Shown piece by piece: positions 17,769 to 27,609 of a DNA stretch of 64,000 nucleotides. This stretch comes from Patescibacteria group bacterium. Its GTDB lineage: Bacteria > Patescibacteriota > Patescibacteriia > PEXW01. Where the stretch lies: contig JBAYJA010000005.1 in assembly GCA_041665345.1 (NCBI GenBank), forward strand, positions 2,913 through 66,912. Direction: 5' to 3'. The translations under genes were made by a program, and so were the position numbers. The stretch's first letter is position 1. Each line of letters opens with the position of its first letter. The notes under the pieces are model-generated. The model saw only the letters and a program-made list of their open reading frames with translations, was not told where the DNA came from and did not search any database.

Positions 17769-20567
17769 ATGATGTTCCAAAAAGCACCGGTAATTTGGCA
17801 AAAGTTCACTTCCCCCCACGCTTTCTTGGCGATTGGAGTGTTTGTGTTGGTGGGTACGTTTACGTGGATACTGCCAACTCAGGCGGCTACGTACTACGTG
17901 GATAATACAGACGCTAGTTGCAGCGATTCATTCACCACGGCGCAGAACTCCACGACCCAGCCGTGGTGTACCATTACCCGGGCAAATAGCGCGCATGCGG
18001 CGGGTGATACGGTTGTGATTAAAAAAGGCACGTACCGCGAGTCTATTATCCCCAAAGCCGGAGTGAGCAATACCCAGCGGACAGTGTACTCGGGTGCCAG
18101 CACTGATCCCTCACAAGTTCTTGTGCTGGGCAGTGATGCTGTCACTGGGTGGCAGCAGTACTCGGGAAATATTTATCGGGCGCCGTTTGTGGGTGGCAAC
18201 CAGTGTCGGGATCCAGGGGACGGCACTACGGTGGTGAACACGAACTGCTGGGTGGACCGGAGCACATGGTTGTTGCGCGGCGCCTTGACGAGTTCTGGCG
18301 ATAGCCTGTCTGACCTGAATGCAGCGGGTGAGTTTTTCTACGATGCGAACGCCCATTACGTTTACGCCTGGATGCCAAATAGCGACAGCCCGAGTAATCA
18401 CCTAGTTGAGTGCTCCAGACGGAATGTTTTTGAAACTGGTGCGTACACCCCAAATCCCGAGGTGTACAACTTTACGCTCCAGAATATTACGGTGATGCAA
18501 ACTCTGGGGCGAGGGCTGACCTTTGGCTCCAATCCGCACCGGCCGGGCAACATAACTATTCAGAATAATGAAATTGCCTTTACCACTGGGAGCAACTTTT
18601 GCGCTGACAATCCCGCCGCCATATACCATGGGAATAGCGACGATTACAGCCCAGACATTCCGAACATACAGATTCTGAATAATACGATCCACGATGCTGG
18701 GAGTCACGGCGGCCCACCTTCTGATGATCGGATTCCAAATACGCACAAGGGTGCAGGAATCGAATTTTACACGGTGAAAGATAGCTTGATTCAAGGGAAT
18801 ACGATTTACAATACCTACGGGCCCATTGGTATGAAGCGCGGCAATTCTGGCATTACCATTCAAGACAATGTGGTGTGTGACTCGTGGGAAGGGATTTGGG
18901 TGGGCCCACCCAATCTAGATGGAACGACCAGTACCGAACTGAATGCAACCGTCGTGGGGAATGTGGTGTACGATTTGAATAATTACGGCGATGCTTGGGG
19001 TTTCTACAGTAGTAATGGGAACACGACATTCAAACTCATAAATAATACTTTTGTCAATACGACGGGCATCCACATTTCTACCGATAAAGCTTCGGACAAT
19101 GACTATCGGAAAGATAATGTGCATGCCACGGTGGCCAATAATGTGGTTTCCAATCTCAAGCGTTTCCCGTATACCCAGCCCGGGTACCGTTTCCTCTCAG
19201 TGTATTGGAATGCGGTAGCAAACCTTACGTCACACAACAATCTTTACTACGATCCGACCAACACCAATTTTGGGGCGACGGCCGTTGGGGGTCGTGACAC
19301 TACGTACACGAATTACACCTCATTGCAGCAATGGCAAACTGCAACAAGTAAAGATGGTCAGAGCATTTTTAGTAATCCCCTATTTGTCAATTTCACTGGC
19401 AAGAATTTTCAACTTTCTGCAACGAGTCCAGCGGTGAATCTTGGGTCTGTTATTTCTGGAGTGCACTGCGCGCAATCTGACGACGTGAATCCAACCCAAA
19501 CCGGGTGTCGACATTGGAAAGGCGCAGCGCCAGATATTGGCGCGCATGAGTATGGCCTGAGCGTCACTACCCCAGCCACGCCAGGTGGTTCCACGCCCAC
19601 CAGCACCCCTGGAACGGTGAGTGTGCCCACCACGCCGGATACCGCTGCAAGTTTCGTAGTTGCGGTAGACGGCGGGGCTAGTCCGGCAGTGCGCGTCATC
19701 ACAGGTGGCACGTTCCAGCGTGAATTCTTCGCCTTTGAAAAAACGTTCCGTGGTGGCATGAGTTTAGCGTTTGGCGACCTGGGAACTGACGGCCAGAAGG
19801 AAATTGTGGTTGGCGCGGGCATTGGGCGGGTTGGTGAAGTGCGGGTATTTTCTACTACCGGTTCACACGTAGCGACCTTCTTACCCTACGGCAGCGCGTT
19901 TCGGAATGGTGTGAACGTGACACTTGCAGACGTGAATGGCGATGGTACCAAAGAAATTATCACCGCCCCCATGCGTGGTGACCAGCGCGTGCGAACTTTT
20001 GGGTATCGCAGTGGTCGGTACACCCAGGTGCAGCCTGAATTTGGCAGCGGCTATTTGAGCACGAGCTTGGCAGCCGGTGATTTGAATGCGGATGGTAAAG
20101 CTGAAATTGTGGTGATGTCCGAAGCGGCAGGCAGCCCAACCATACTGGCCTACGCGTTGCGTGGCACGCGGTACCAACGCATTGCCGCGCTGCAAGGTGT
20201 GTTTAGCACGCGTTACCGAACAGGCTATAGTCTGGCCGTGGGTGACGTGCAGGGGGACGGCATTCAAGATATTGTGGTTACCCGTTCGTCTATCACCGAG
20301 CCGGAAGTACGGACGTTTACACTTCGCGGGAGCAGCTTCCGTCAACAGTCAGTGTTCACGGCGCTTGGGAAAACTGCGCGTGGTGGTGGTCGCATTGCTG
20401 TTATGGACTACAATGGCGATGGGGCTGACGATATACTGCTTACCCGCAATATTCCCGCCGATCCAAAAGTCTACATCTACAGCATGGTTGGCGGCGTACG
20501 GCGCATTGGCACATTGCAGGCATACCCAGCGAACCGTCGCTTTGTGCTGGTGCCGGCGGGAAAGTAA
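17769..20567 (+). CDS. secreted right-handed beta-helix protein with C-terminal FG-GAP/VCBS repeats
   Basis: Signal peptide AQA, TYYVD, PWCTI, GTYRE, Asn-rich beta-helix, APDIGAHE, then D.NGDG repeats. Confidence 0.85.
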   Translation: MMFQKAPVIWQKFTSPHAFLAIGVFVLVGTFTWILPTQAATYYVDNTDASCSDSFTTAQNSTTQPWCTITRANSAHAAGDTVVIKKGTYRESIIPKAGVSNTQRTVYSGASTDPSQVLVLGSDAVTGWQQYSGNIYRAPFVGGNQCRDPGDGTTVVNTNCWVDRSTWLLRGALTSSGDSLSDLNAAGEFFYDANAHYVYAWMPNSDSPSNHLVECSRRNVFETGAYTPNPEVYNFTLQNITVMQTLGRGLTFGSNPHRPGNITIQNNEIAFTTGSNFCADNPAAIYHGNSDDYSPDIPNIQILNNTIHDAGSHGGPPSDDRIPNTHKGAGIEFYTVKDSLIQGNTIYNTYGPIGMKRGNSGITIQDNVVCDSWEGIWVGPPNLDGTTSTELNATVVGNVVYDLNNYGDAWGFYSSNGNTTFKLINNTFVNTTGIHISTDKASDNDYRKDNVHATVANNVVSNLKRFPYTQPGYRFLSVYWNAVANLTSHNNLYYDPTNTNFGATAVGGRDTTYTNYTSLQQWQTATSKDGQSIFSNPLFVNFTGKNFQLSATSPAVNLGSVISGVHCAQSDDVNPTQTGCRHWKGAAPDIGAHEYGLSVTTPATPGGSTPTSTPGTVSVPTTPDTAASFVVAVDGGASPAVRVITGGTFQREFFAFEKTFRGGMSLAFGDLGTDGQKEIVVGAGIGRVGEVRVFSTTGSHVATFLPYGSAFRNGVNVTLADVNGDGTKEIITAPMRGDQRVRTFGYRSGRYTQVQPEFGSGYLSTSLAAGDLNADGKAEIVVMSEAAGSPTILAYALRGTRYQRIAALQGVFSTRYRTGYSLAVGDVQGDGIQDIVVTRSSITEPEVRTFTLRGSSFRQQSVFTALGKTARGGGRIAVMDYNGDGADDILLTRNIPADPKVYIYSMVGGVRRIGTLQAYPANRRFVLVPAGK

Positions 20568-20666
20568 GGAACCTCAGTTTTTACATCACCACCAAGCCGC
20601 AGCTTCTCCAAGCTGCGGCGTTTAGGGCTATAGATTGAGCTTTACCACACATGGTACACTACAGCC

Positions 20667-21002
20667 ATGCGCGTAACCTGGGTCATGGTCATGTGTCCAA
20701 CCAAGGGCGAAGCCGAGACAATCGGCAACGCCTTGCTTCGGGCTAGGCTGGTTGCCTGCTACGATATTTTCCCCCGCTGGAAGGCTGGGTACTTTTGGCC
20801 ACCGAAGAGTGGGAAAATTGAAACAGCAAAAGGCACCATGCTCGTCCTTGATACGCTGCCAGCAAAAGTTGCAGCGGTTCGAAAATTGGTCAAAAGTGTA
20901 CATAGCGACATGCTCCCCTTCATTGGGTCTTTTGCCATGACCGTGGAGCCGGCGTACTATCAATGGGTTCGAAAAGAACTAACTGGTAAAAAATATGAGT
21001 AG
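20667..21002 (+). CDS. cutA: divalent cation tolerance protein CutA
   Basis: EA..I...LL..RLVAC, VHS...P.I, Y.QW motifs. Confidence 0.8.
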   Translation: MRVTWVMVMCPTKGEAETIGNALLRARLVACYDIFPRWKAGYFWPPKSGKIETAKGTMLVLDTLPAKVAAVRKLVKSVHSDMLPFIGSFAMTVEPAYYQWVRKELTGKKYE

Positions 21003-21588
21003 CAAATTTACACGCGCGGTGATTGTTCATGGTTGGGATGGGAGTCCGAATGGTAATTGGTTTCCTTGGGCAAAAGCCGTGCTTGAGCAGCAAGGCATCA
21101 GCACGGTGGTGCCGTCCATGCCGCACCCCAGCCAACCTGAAATTGGAACTTGGGTTCCCACCCTAGCCGAAGCTGTGGGAGAGCCATCCAGTGAACTTGT
21201 GCTTATTGGCCACAGCATGGGTTGCCAGACGATCATGCGGTACTTGGAAACGCTCCCGGCTGAGCAACATGTGGGTGCTGTCATCCTCGTCGCTGGTTTC
21301 TTTCACCTCACAGGTTTGCAAACGGATGAGGAGCGATCCATTGCGCAGCCATGGTTGGTAACACCTTTGGATTTTGCAACAATCCAAGATCGGGCGCAGC
21401 ATATTACCGTCATTCTCTCTGACAATGATCCATTTGTTCCCGTGGCTGAAAATAAGCATGAGTTTGAAACCAAACTTGGAGCCCGAGTAATAGTGCTACA
21501 TGGGAAAGGGCATTTGAATGAAGAAGCTGGGATTAGCGAGCTCCCGCTTCTTTTGGAAATCTTAGCCGAATTGCAGCAGGTGCAATGA
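20995..21588 (+). CDS. RBBP9/YdeN family alpha/beta hydrolase
   Basis: VHGW..NWFPW, GHSMG, SDNDP, GHL. Confidence 0.9.
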   Translation: MSSKFTRAVIVHGWDGSPNGNWFPWAKAVLEQQGISTVVPSMPHPSQPEIGTWVPTLAEAVGEPSSELVLIGHSMGCQTIMRYLETLPAEQHVGAVILVAGFFHLTGLQTDEERSIAQPWLVTPLDFATIQDRAQHITVILSDNDPFVPVAENKHEFETKLGARVIVLHGKGHLNEEAGISELPLLLEILAELQQVQ

Positions 21589-22166
21589 CCAAGGCACGGC
21601 AGCAAAAATTGGAAGTTGTGGCCAAGCAACGTCAGGCTGGGTTCATTGTTGTGCTGGAAGACATTCACGACCCGCATAACGCCGCGGCGATTTTGCGTAC
21701 CTGCGATGCTTTTGGCGTGCAGGATGTCTGGTTCATTTTTGCTAAAGAGAAACGCTACAACCCACGTCGGGTAGGCAAATCCAGTTCGTCATCTGCAAAT
21801 AAGTGGCTGGACTTCAAGGTGTTCACTTCAGTTGCAGAATGTAGCGCCGCACTGAAAAAATTGAAGTACGAATCCGTGGGCACGGTACTGCATGACAAGG
21901 CCAAAGACTTTACCAAAGTGAGACTCACGAACAAGCGGATTGCTCTGTGGGTGGGGAACGAGCACGCTGGATTGTCCGCTGAAGCCGTGAAAGCTTGTGA
22001 CCGGCTACTGCTCTTGCCCATGCGAGGGTTTGTGGAAAGTTTAAATGTGTCCGTCATGACCGCCATCTGCGTGTACGAAATTTCCCGGCAGCGTGCTGGG
22101 CAGAGGGGGTATGAGCGATCTTCATTAGAGGTGAAGAAACTTACAAAGCAATTTGTCCAAAAATAA
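21585..22166 (+). CDS. trmH: TrmH/SpoU family RNA 2'-O-methyltransferase
   Basis: DPHNAAAILRTCDAFG, GNEHAG, PMRGFVESLNVS. Confidence 0.85.
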   Translation: MTKARQQKLEVVAKQRQAGFIVVLEDIHDPHNAAAILRTCDAFGVQDVWFIFAKEKRYNPRRVGKSSSSSANKWLDFKVFTSVAECSAALKKLKYESVGTVLHDKAKDFTKVRLTNKRIALWVGNEHAGLSAEAVKACDRLLLLPMRGFVESLNVSVMTAICVYEISRQRAGQRGYERSSLEVKKLTKQFVQK

Positions 22167-22194
22167 AAGCGCTCCTGATGAGCGCTTGTGAGAT

Positions 22195-22878
22195 TTAGGC
22201 AGTCCTGTGGAAAACTGTGGTTTTCGGCATACCCTGTTGTTTGCGAACTCGGTTGCACGCGTAGGTGAGTTCATCGGTGAAGTAGCCTGATAGGTACTGG
22301 AATCGTTTTGGTACTATCGTCGCAAAGTTTTCAATGAGCACTGGAAAAATTTCCTCTGTCTCCTTCAATTGCTTCAGTTGGAATGCTTTGGGTTCTTTGA
22401 GAATCGTTCGCATATTGTGCAAACGGTCTGCAAGTTTTACTAGGATGATCCACCAGTCTTTGGGTTCAACAGACTGCAAACCCCAGTAGTAATTCTTGCC
22501 CTCTTCCTTCGTGAGTATGCGCAAGCCACGGTACACATCTTTCCCAAAGACATGCTCCACGCCCCACCAATTGAGAATGCGTGAATCTTCGCCAAGGTCG
22601 TGGGTGAGGCCAACGCATAATGGCCGGAAGAGAAAAACCTTGCATTCCAACATGATTATGAGCGCAACACTCTTGCAGTGGTCAAAGTAGCGGGTCTTCA
22701 GGTCATGTCGGAATTGATTTTTATGGCCGTACTTTGCCAAACGGTACGCCAGCATCACTAATTCAAACTCCTGGGAGTAGAGCTGGGTCTGGGCGATCCG
22801 TTCGAATGTTGGCCGGTCAAAAATCCTCTGACTGTACCCAATCCGAATACGTCTGGGCTTCCCGGTAGTTGGTGCCAT
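22195..22878 (-). CDS. stand-alone RelA/SpoT-type HD hydrolase (small alarmone hydrolase-like)
   Basis: H..Q.R, YFDH, HDLGED, LTK, VKLADRLHNMRT. Confidence 0.8.
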   Translation of the reverse strand: MAPTTGKPRRIRIGYSQRIFDRPTFERIAQTQLYSQEFELVMLAYRLAKYGHKNQFRHDLKTRYFDHCKSVALIIMLECKVFLFRPLCVGLTHDLGEDSRILNWWGVEHVFGKDVYRGLRILTKEEGKNYYWGLQSVEPKDWWIILVKLADRLHNMRTILKEPKAFQLKQLKETEEIFPVLIENFATIVPKRFQYLSGYFTDELTYACNRVRKQQGMPKTTVFHRTA

Positions 22879-23034
22879 TGGCTCCTCCTTGTGTAGGTTC
22901 GATATTGATGTTCAGGAGAGTGTATGAGAAATGAGTAGGACTGTCAAACGTAGTATTGACAGTACGTGATGGGGATGATAGGTTTTGGGGAATAAAAGAT
23001 AAGTAAAAGTGAAACCTTCACAAAGGAGTGTATT

Positions 23035-24042
23035 GTGGATTACCCAGGATTGTCAGCGTTTTTTAGTGGGAAAATTGCATGGCACCTTCAAGCTACCGTT
23101 TTTTGCTGTATTGGGCTCTCGGTACTCATGGTAGTTGCCGTCGCATTGTTTTTCACTTTTGATCGAACAAGAAGGCTCTTGAATACCATTTGGTATGTCT
23201 GTACAATCAGTGCTTTTCTTGGACTTGGCTATGTTCAGGTTCTTAACTGGCAAGATTATAGTGAGAAGAAGGCGAATATTGTCCAGCAAGATAAGGCAAA
23301 TTGGGAAACAGCCATGCTGTTCAATGAGAAGTACGTTGCACTGGAAGCAATGCTTGCGCAAATTGTGGAAACCCCTGATCCAAATGTCTTAGAGGGTAGC
23401 GGTGCGTATTTGGACATTTTTGAACCTGCTCAGTTACGCCAGTGCAGGATCGTCACTGTGGAAGCACATAACTTCACCAAGATTTCTGGTACCACAAGCG
23501 GGTACGTGCCACACGGTGGAATCTTTAGCAGTTACGGATGGGTGAACTTGAATCAGGACGCGACAGCTGCGGTTGATCTGCGAGAAGGTCAGGCGCTCGT
23601 TCTCTCGGTTGAACAGGGTGGTGCCTACCGACGGTTGGTTTTTCCAAGTACAATGTGGCTTGACCAACAGCGGAAAGACCTCGAACAGAAGTACAAGCTT
23701 CGGGACAGTGAGCATCAAACTCACATTGATGAAATTTTCACTCAGCACACTAAAGTGATTGATAGCCTGTTTGTAGGAGCGAATGGTTTATCTACCGGAA
23801 GCGTGAGTAGCCTCTGGGCATTGCTTCAAGATAGGCGTAATCAATCCGAGGATATCATCATTGATGCTACGGCGCTGACTGGTTCCTTTGGCCAGGATGC
23901 ATATTACGTTGATGAGATAACAGTTCAGCAGGCGAGTCATTGCCCAGAGGGAATGCAAAAGCCAATTGTTAGCCCGGGCGCGTTTGCACTGCAGGCGTAC
24001 ACAGACATCACTGAGAGGTACATGCAGCAAAGGCCACACTAG
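23035..24042 (+). CDS. hypothetical membrane protein
   Basis: 335 aa ORF, 2 N-terminal TM segments, AAAGGAG SD, terminator 24065-24090. Confidence 0.7.
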   Translation: MDYPGLSAFFSGKIAWHLQATVFCCIGLSVLMVVAVALFFTFDRTRRLLNTIWYVCTISAFLGLGYVQVLNWQDYSEKKANIVQQDKANWETAMLFNEKYVALEAMLAQIVETPDPNVLEGSGAYLDIFEPAQLRQCRIVTVEAHNFTKISGTTSGYVPHGGIFSSYGWVNLNQDATAAVDLREGQALVLSVEQGGAYRRLVFPSTMWLDQQRKDLEQKYKLRDSEHQTHIDEIFTQHTKVIDSLFVGANGLSTGSVSSLWALLQDRRNQSEDIIIDATALTGSFGQDAYYVDEITVQQASHCPEGMQKPIVSPGAFALQAYTDITERYMQQRPH

Positions 24043-24108
24043 TTCAACATTCCCAGCACATTTCAGGCTCCTAGCAATAGGAGCCTTTTTCATATCTTTA
24101 AATTTCCT

Positions 24109-24164
24109 AGCGACTTTCGTCGCATTAGATGATAGTAGTCAAAGTTGACGCGACTAAAGTCGCT
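24109..24164. repeat. inverted pair of short palindromes (REP-like)
   Basis: AGCGACTTTCGTCGC ... GCGACTAAAGTCGCT. Confidence 0.6.
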
Positions 24165-24204
24165 TTGAAGGAGATAGGGACTAGCCGTAAGTGAGGGTAG
24201 TTAC

Positions 24205-26031
24205 TTACCCGCGTTTCACTGCCCGCACAATTGCCTGGCTATCAACCCCCTCGTACCGCAGGAGTTGCTCGGGTTTGCCACTATGCGGGGTTTTGCGAAC
24301 CGCGAGTGTGGTGAGTTGTACATCAATCCCAGCAATTGCCTCACGGACTGCTTCACCAATCCCACCCTGGGCATAGTGATCTTCCACTGTGATCAGGTGT
24401 TTGGTTTGCTTGGCTGCTCGGCGGAGGGTTTTTGTGTCGATTGGCTTGACGCAGTAGAGGTCAATCACCCGAGCGCTAATTTTTTTCTTCGCTAGTTCAG
24501 CCGCGGCTTTCAGGGCTTCATGCAAGGTAATGCCAGCTGCAATAATTGTCGCCACATCATGCCGGTTTTCGCGTAGGGTTTTGCTGCCGCCAATGGGAAA
24601 TGCCTCGGTGTTCTTGTACAGCACCGGGGTTTTTTCTCGCGTGGAGCGGAGGTAGACAATGCCTTTCGCTTTCGCAGCTTGTTCCACTAATTTCTCGCAG
24701 CTTACTGCATCACTGGGATAGAGCACGACGCTGTTCTGTAGCATGCGGAACATACCAATATCTTCCAAGCCCATTTGCGATGCGCCATCCACGCCAATGG
24801 AAACCCCGGCATGGGAGCCACAGGCCACCAGGTGTGTATCGCTGTACTGCGCCATGCGGAACTGGTCAAAAGCCCGGGACAAGAATGCAGCGAAGGTGGA
24901 GACAAACGGCAGTTTGCCGCGTCCAGCCAAGCCCAACGCCACGCTCACCATATTCTGTTCGGCTATGTACATTTCCAGAAATTTCTTTGGGTAGGCTTTT
25001 TGGAAATGATCAGCGAAGGTGGAATTGCTCACTTCTGCATCTAGCACAGTCAATTGTGGAAAAGTTGGTGCCAGGCGGACTAGAGCATTCCCATAGGCTT
25101 CGCGGGTGGCAATGAGCGCGCCCCGAGTGTAACTCACTTTTTTTGCGGGTTTGGCATTTGCTACTTTGAGCGCACGGCGTTTTGGCAGTGAGACAACGCC
25201 TCGAATCTTGCCGTCATACTTCCCAAGTTCGTGTAAGGCTAACCGAAGCTCGAATTTTGGTAATGCTTTGCCGTGCCAACCATTCTTGTTCTCTAGGAAC
25301 GATACGCCTTTCCCCTTCAGGGTTTTAGCAATAATGGCTGAGGGTTTGCCTTTCTCGCGTAGAGCTTTTTTGTATGCCTCAATGATCGTTGGAATATCAT
25401 GTCCGTCAACGATAAAAGTTTGCCAACCAAAAGCCTGTAGCCTTTTGGCGTAGGCGGCAACATTATGGCCCAGCATCGTTTGGCCGCGCTGACCCAGCCG
25501 ATTCACATCAATGATGGCCGTGAGGTTGGAAAGTTTTTGGAACCCGGCATACTGCACTGCTTCCCACACTTGCCCTTCAGCCATTTCACTGTCGCCCATG
25601 AGCACGAAGGTTCGGTACGTGAGCTTGTCCATCCGGCTGGCCAGCGCCATGCCCACACCCACAGATAGACCTTGGCCCAGTGAACCAGTGGCAGCTTCGG
25701 TGTATGGGAACGCTGGGGTGGGGTGGCCTTCCATCCGGCTGCCAAATTTCCGAAGAGTCAGGAGTTCGTGATCAGCAATTTTTCCCGCCGCAGCATACAA
25801 CGCGTACAGTAGGGGCGCGGCATGGCCTTTGGAAAAAATGAGCCGGTCGTTGTTTGGGTACTTTGGGTTCTTCAGGTCAGCATGAAAAAAGCCGCCAAAG
25901 AAAAGTACGGCCATCAGGTCAGCTGCAGACAAGCAAGAAGTAGGATGGCCAGAGCCAGCCGCAGTGGTTGAGCGCAGTACATCAGCCCGCAGGCGAGTGG
26001 CAAGTGCTTGCAGTTTGGTTTGGGAAGTCAT
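24205..26031 (-). CDS. tkt: transketolase
   Basis: SGHP, SKGHA, GSLGQG, GDSE, IAEQNM, EDH motifs. Confidence 0.93.
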   Translation of the reverse strand: MTSQTKLQALATRLRADVLRSTTAAGSGHPTSCLSAADLMAVLFFGGFFHADLKNPKYPNNDRLIFSKGHAAPLLYALYAAAGKIADHELLTLRKFGSRMEGHPTPAFPYTEAATGSLGQGLSVGVGMALASRMDKLTYRTFVLMGDSEMAEGQVWEAVQYAGFQKLSNLTAIIDVNRLGQRGQTMLGHNVAAYAKRLQAFGWQTFIVDGHDIPTIIEAYKKALREKGKPSAIIAKTLKGKGVSFLENKNGWHGKALPKFELRLALHELGKYDGKIRGVVSLPKRRALKVANAKPAKKVSYTRGALIATREAYGNALVRLAPTFPQLTVLDAEVSNSTFADHFQKAYPKKFLEMYIAEQNMVSVALGLAGRGKLPFVSTFAAFLSRAFDQFRMAQYSDTHLVACGSHAGVSIGVDGASQMGLEDIGMFRMLQNSVVLYPSDAVSCEKLVEQAAKAKGIVYLRSTREKTPVLYKNTEAFPIGGSKTLRENRHDVATIIAAGITLHEALKAAAELAKKKISARVIDLYCVKPIDTKTLRRAAKQTKHLITVEDHYAQGGIGEAVREAIAGIDVQLTTLAVRKTPHSGKPEQLLRYEGVDSQAIVRAVKRG

Positions 26032-26061
26032 GGTACTTCCATTGTACCACTCTCACCTCTC

Positions 26062-26198
26062 CTGTCATTGCGAGGAACGAGTCCGCGAGTGACGCGGCAA
26101 TCCCGAAGTACGTAAGAACCAAGGTTATATGCTTGTCTAGTACCGTGTTACAACGGGATTGCCACGTCGTCCCAAGACGGGACTCCTCGCAATGACAG
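26062..26198. repeat. palindromic REP/REPIN-like element
   Basis: Terminal IR CTGTCATTGCGAGGA/TCCTCGCAATGACAG and inner IR GACGCGGCAATCCCG/CGGGATTGCCACGTC. Confidence 0.85.
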
Positions 26199-26239
26199 AA
26201 AAATAAAAAGTACCGTCCAAATTGGACGGTACAAAGTTT

Positions 26240-26611
26240 TTAGGTAACAGCTGAGGATTGATTGGCCGGAGTTCTTTTTTTTCGAATGAAGATGCCAATG
26301 GAGAATCCGATAGCACCGACGAAACTTGGCCACAAGCCAGGAATAATTTCCCAGGCAACGGATATCCAAACCCAGAGCGCAAAACTGAATCCGACAATTA
26401 GACTCGTTAGGTCGTTGCCCGCATCTTTCCATCGGCGCGAAAGCCCAGCGAAGACTCCAAGCACACCAATTGCTCCCCACCGCCAATTATCTGGGAATGT
26501 TGCAGCCTTGGTAAAAAGCATTCCAATGAGTCCGATCATACATCCCAGCCCAACGCCGATCCAGAAATCCTTCCAGCCAAATGAGCTATCCTTCTTTTGC
26601 TCTTCTTCCAC
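26240..26611 (-). CDS. hypothetical membrane protein
   Basis: GTG start after AGGAGG; 4 hydrophobic segments. Confidence 0.6.
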   Translation of the reverse strand: MEEEQKKDSSFGWKDFWIGVGLGCMIGLIGMLFTKAATFPDNWRWGAIGVLGVFAGLSRRWKDAGNDLTSLIVGFSFALWVWISVAWEIIPGLWPSFVGAIGFSIGIFIRKKRTPANQSSAVT

Positions 26612-26743
26612 TTTCCCTCCTTGGGTTATATTGTGTTTCACCGTATCTTGGCATGGGTTTTGGTGGCCGTCAAGCGCTGCCTGGACGGTCAGGAAGTCTG
26701 GTGGTAGGGTAGAGAAAAGAAACATTTATTCAGGAGGTGAACC

Positions 26744-27151
26744 TTGAAATTTTACGTCATTACAGCATGCGTCACTGCGGCTATCATGTTGTTGCTGGTT
26801 AGCGTATTGCCCGGCGACTTGCTTACGCTTGTAGCATCGATGCTAGTCCTTAGCGGGATAGTACCCCTTGCATTTTTGGTTTTCGTTTTTGAAGGTGGGG
26901 GCGAGGTGTTTACTCCAGCTTTAGTCTGGCACCCGCCGGCCGTTTGTATTCTTACGACAGCCGCATACTTCCTAGTGTCCAGTTGGTCCTGGCTTCTGCT
27001 TTTTCTCATTCTTGGGAGTTTAGTTGCGTACGCCTTGCACCGAATTGTTGCTAGCGAATTTCCAATGCAACGCTCTTTCAGATTCCTTTGTACAGGAGCC
27101 GCACTCTGCGCCACAATATTTGTATCATTAGTAACGCAGTATCCAAAGTAG
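26744..27151 (+). CDS. hypothetical membrane protein
   Basis: TTG start after AGGAGGTG; highly hydrophobic. Confidence 0.6.
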   Translation: MKFYVITACVTAAIMLLLVSVLPGDLLTLVASMLVLSGIVPLAFLVFVFEGGGEVFTPALVWHPPAVCILTTAAYFLVSSWSWLLLFLILGSLVAYALHRIVASEFPMQRSFRFLCTGAALCATIFVSLVTQYPK

Positions 27152-27177
27152 ACAGCATCGTTTCCAAGGAGGAGAAT

Positions 27178-27552
27178 GTGGAAGACCTATGTAAGTGTGA
27201 CTGCCACACACAAGGTGCATACAACGGCGGTCTTGAGAATCGGCATCTGTGTAACTGTACCCTGTGTGCGTACTGTGGGCAGTACATCAAAGCCGGGTAT
27301 TGGGAATCGCACAGTGAAACTTGCATAGCCCGACTAGCGCTACAGCAAGTGCAGTCCGGTTGTACAGGGCCTGACTTCTGGGAATGCAGATGCATGTGCC
27401 ATTCCAGTGGCGGGGATCATTGCAAGCCCTGTTGCACACCCTGTTCGAATTGTGGCAAAAGGATTAGAACAGGATTTGAGAGCGATCATCTGACGAAGTG
27501 CAATCCTCGGTTTCGGATTTTGGCAGCTCCTGGTCCTACTCTTGCTCCATAG
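27178..27552 (+). CDS. Cys/His-rich protein with two CxCxCH repeats
   Basis: GTG start after AAGGAGG; internal duplication; paralogue at 39659. Confidence 0.7.
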   Translation: MEDLCKCDCHTQGAYNGGLENRHLCNCTLCAYCGQYIKAGYWESHSETCIARLALQQVQSGCTGPDFWECRCMCHSSGGDHCKPCCTPCSNCGKRIRTGFESDHLTKCNPRFRILAAPGPTLAP

Positions 27553-27609
27553 CACTTTCCCCTCACTCAAAAGAGAGTGAGGGGTTTTTCGTACAGTTAC
27601 ATTCATTTA

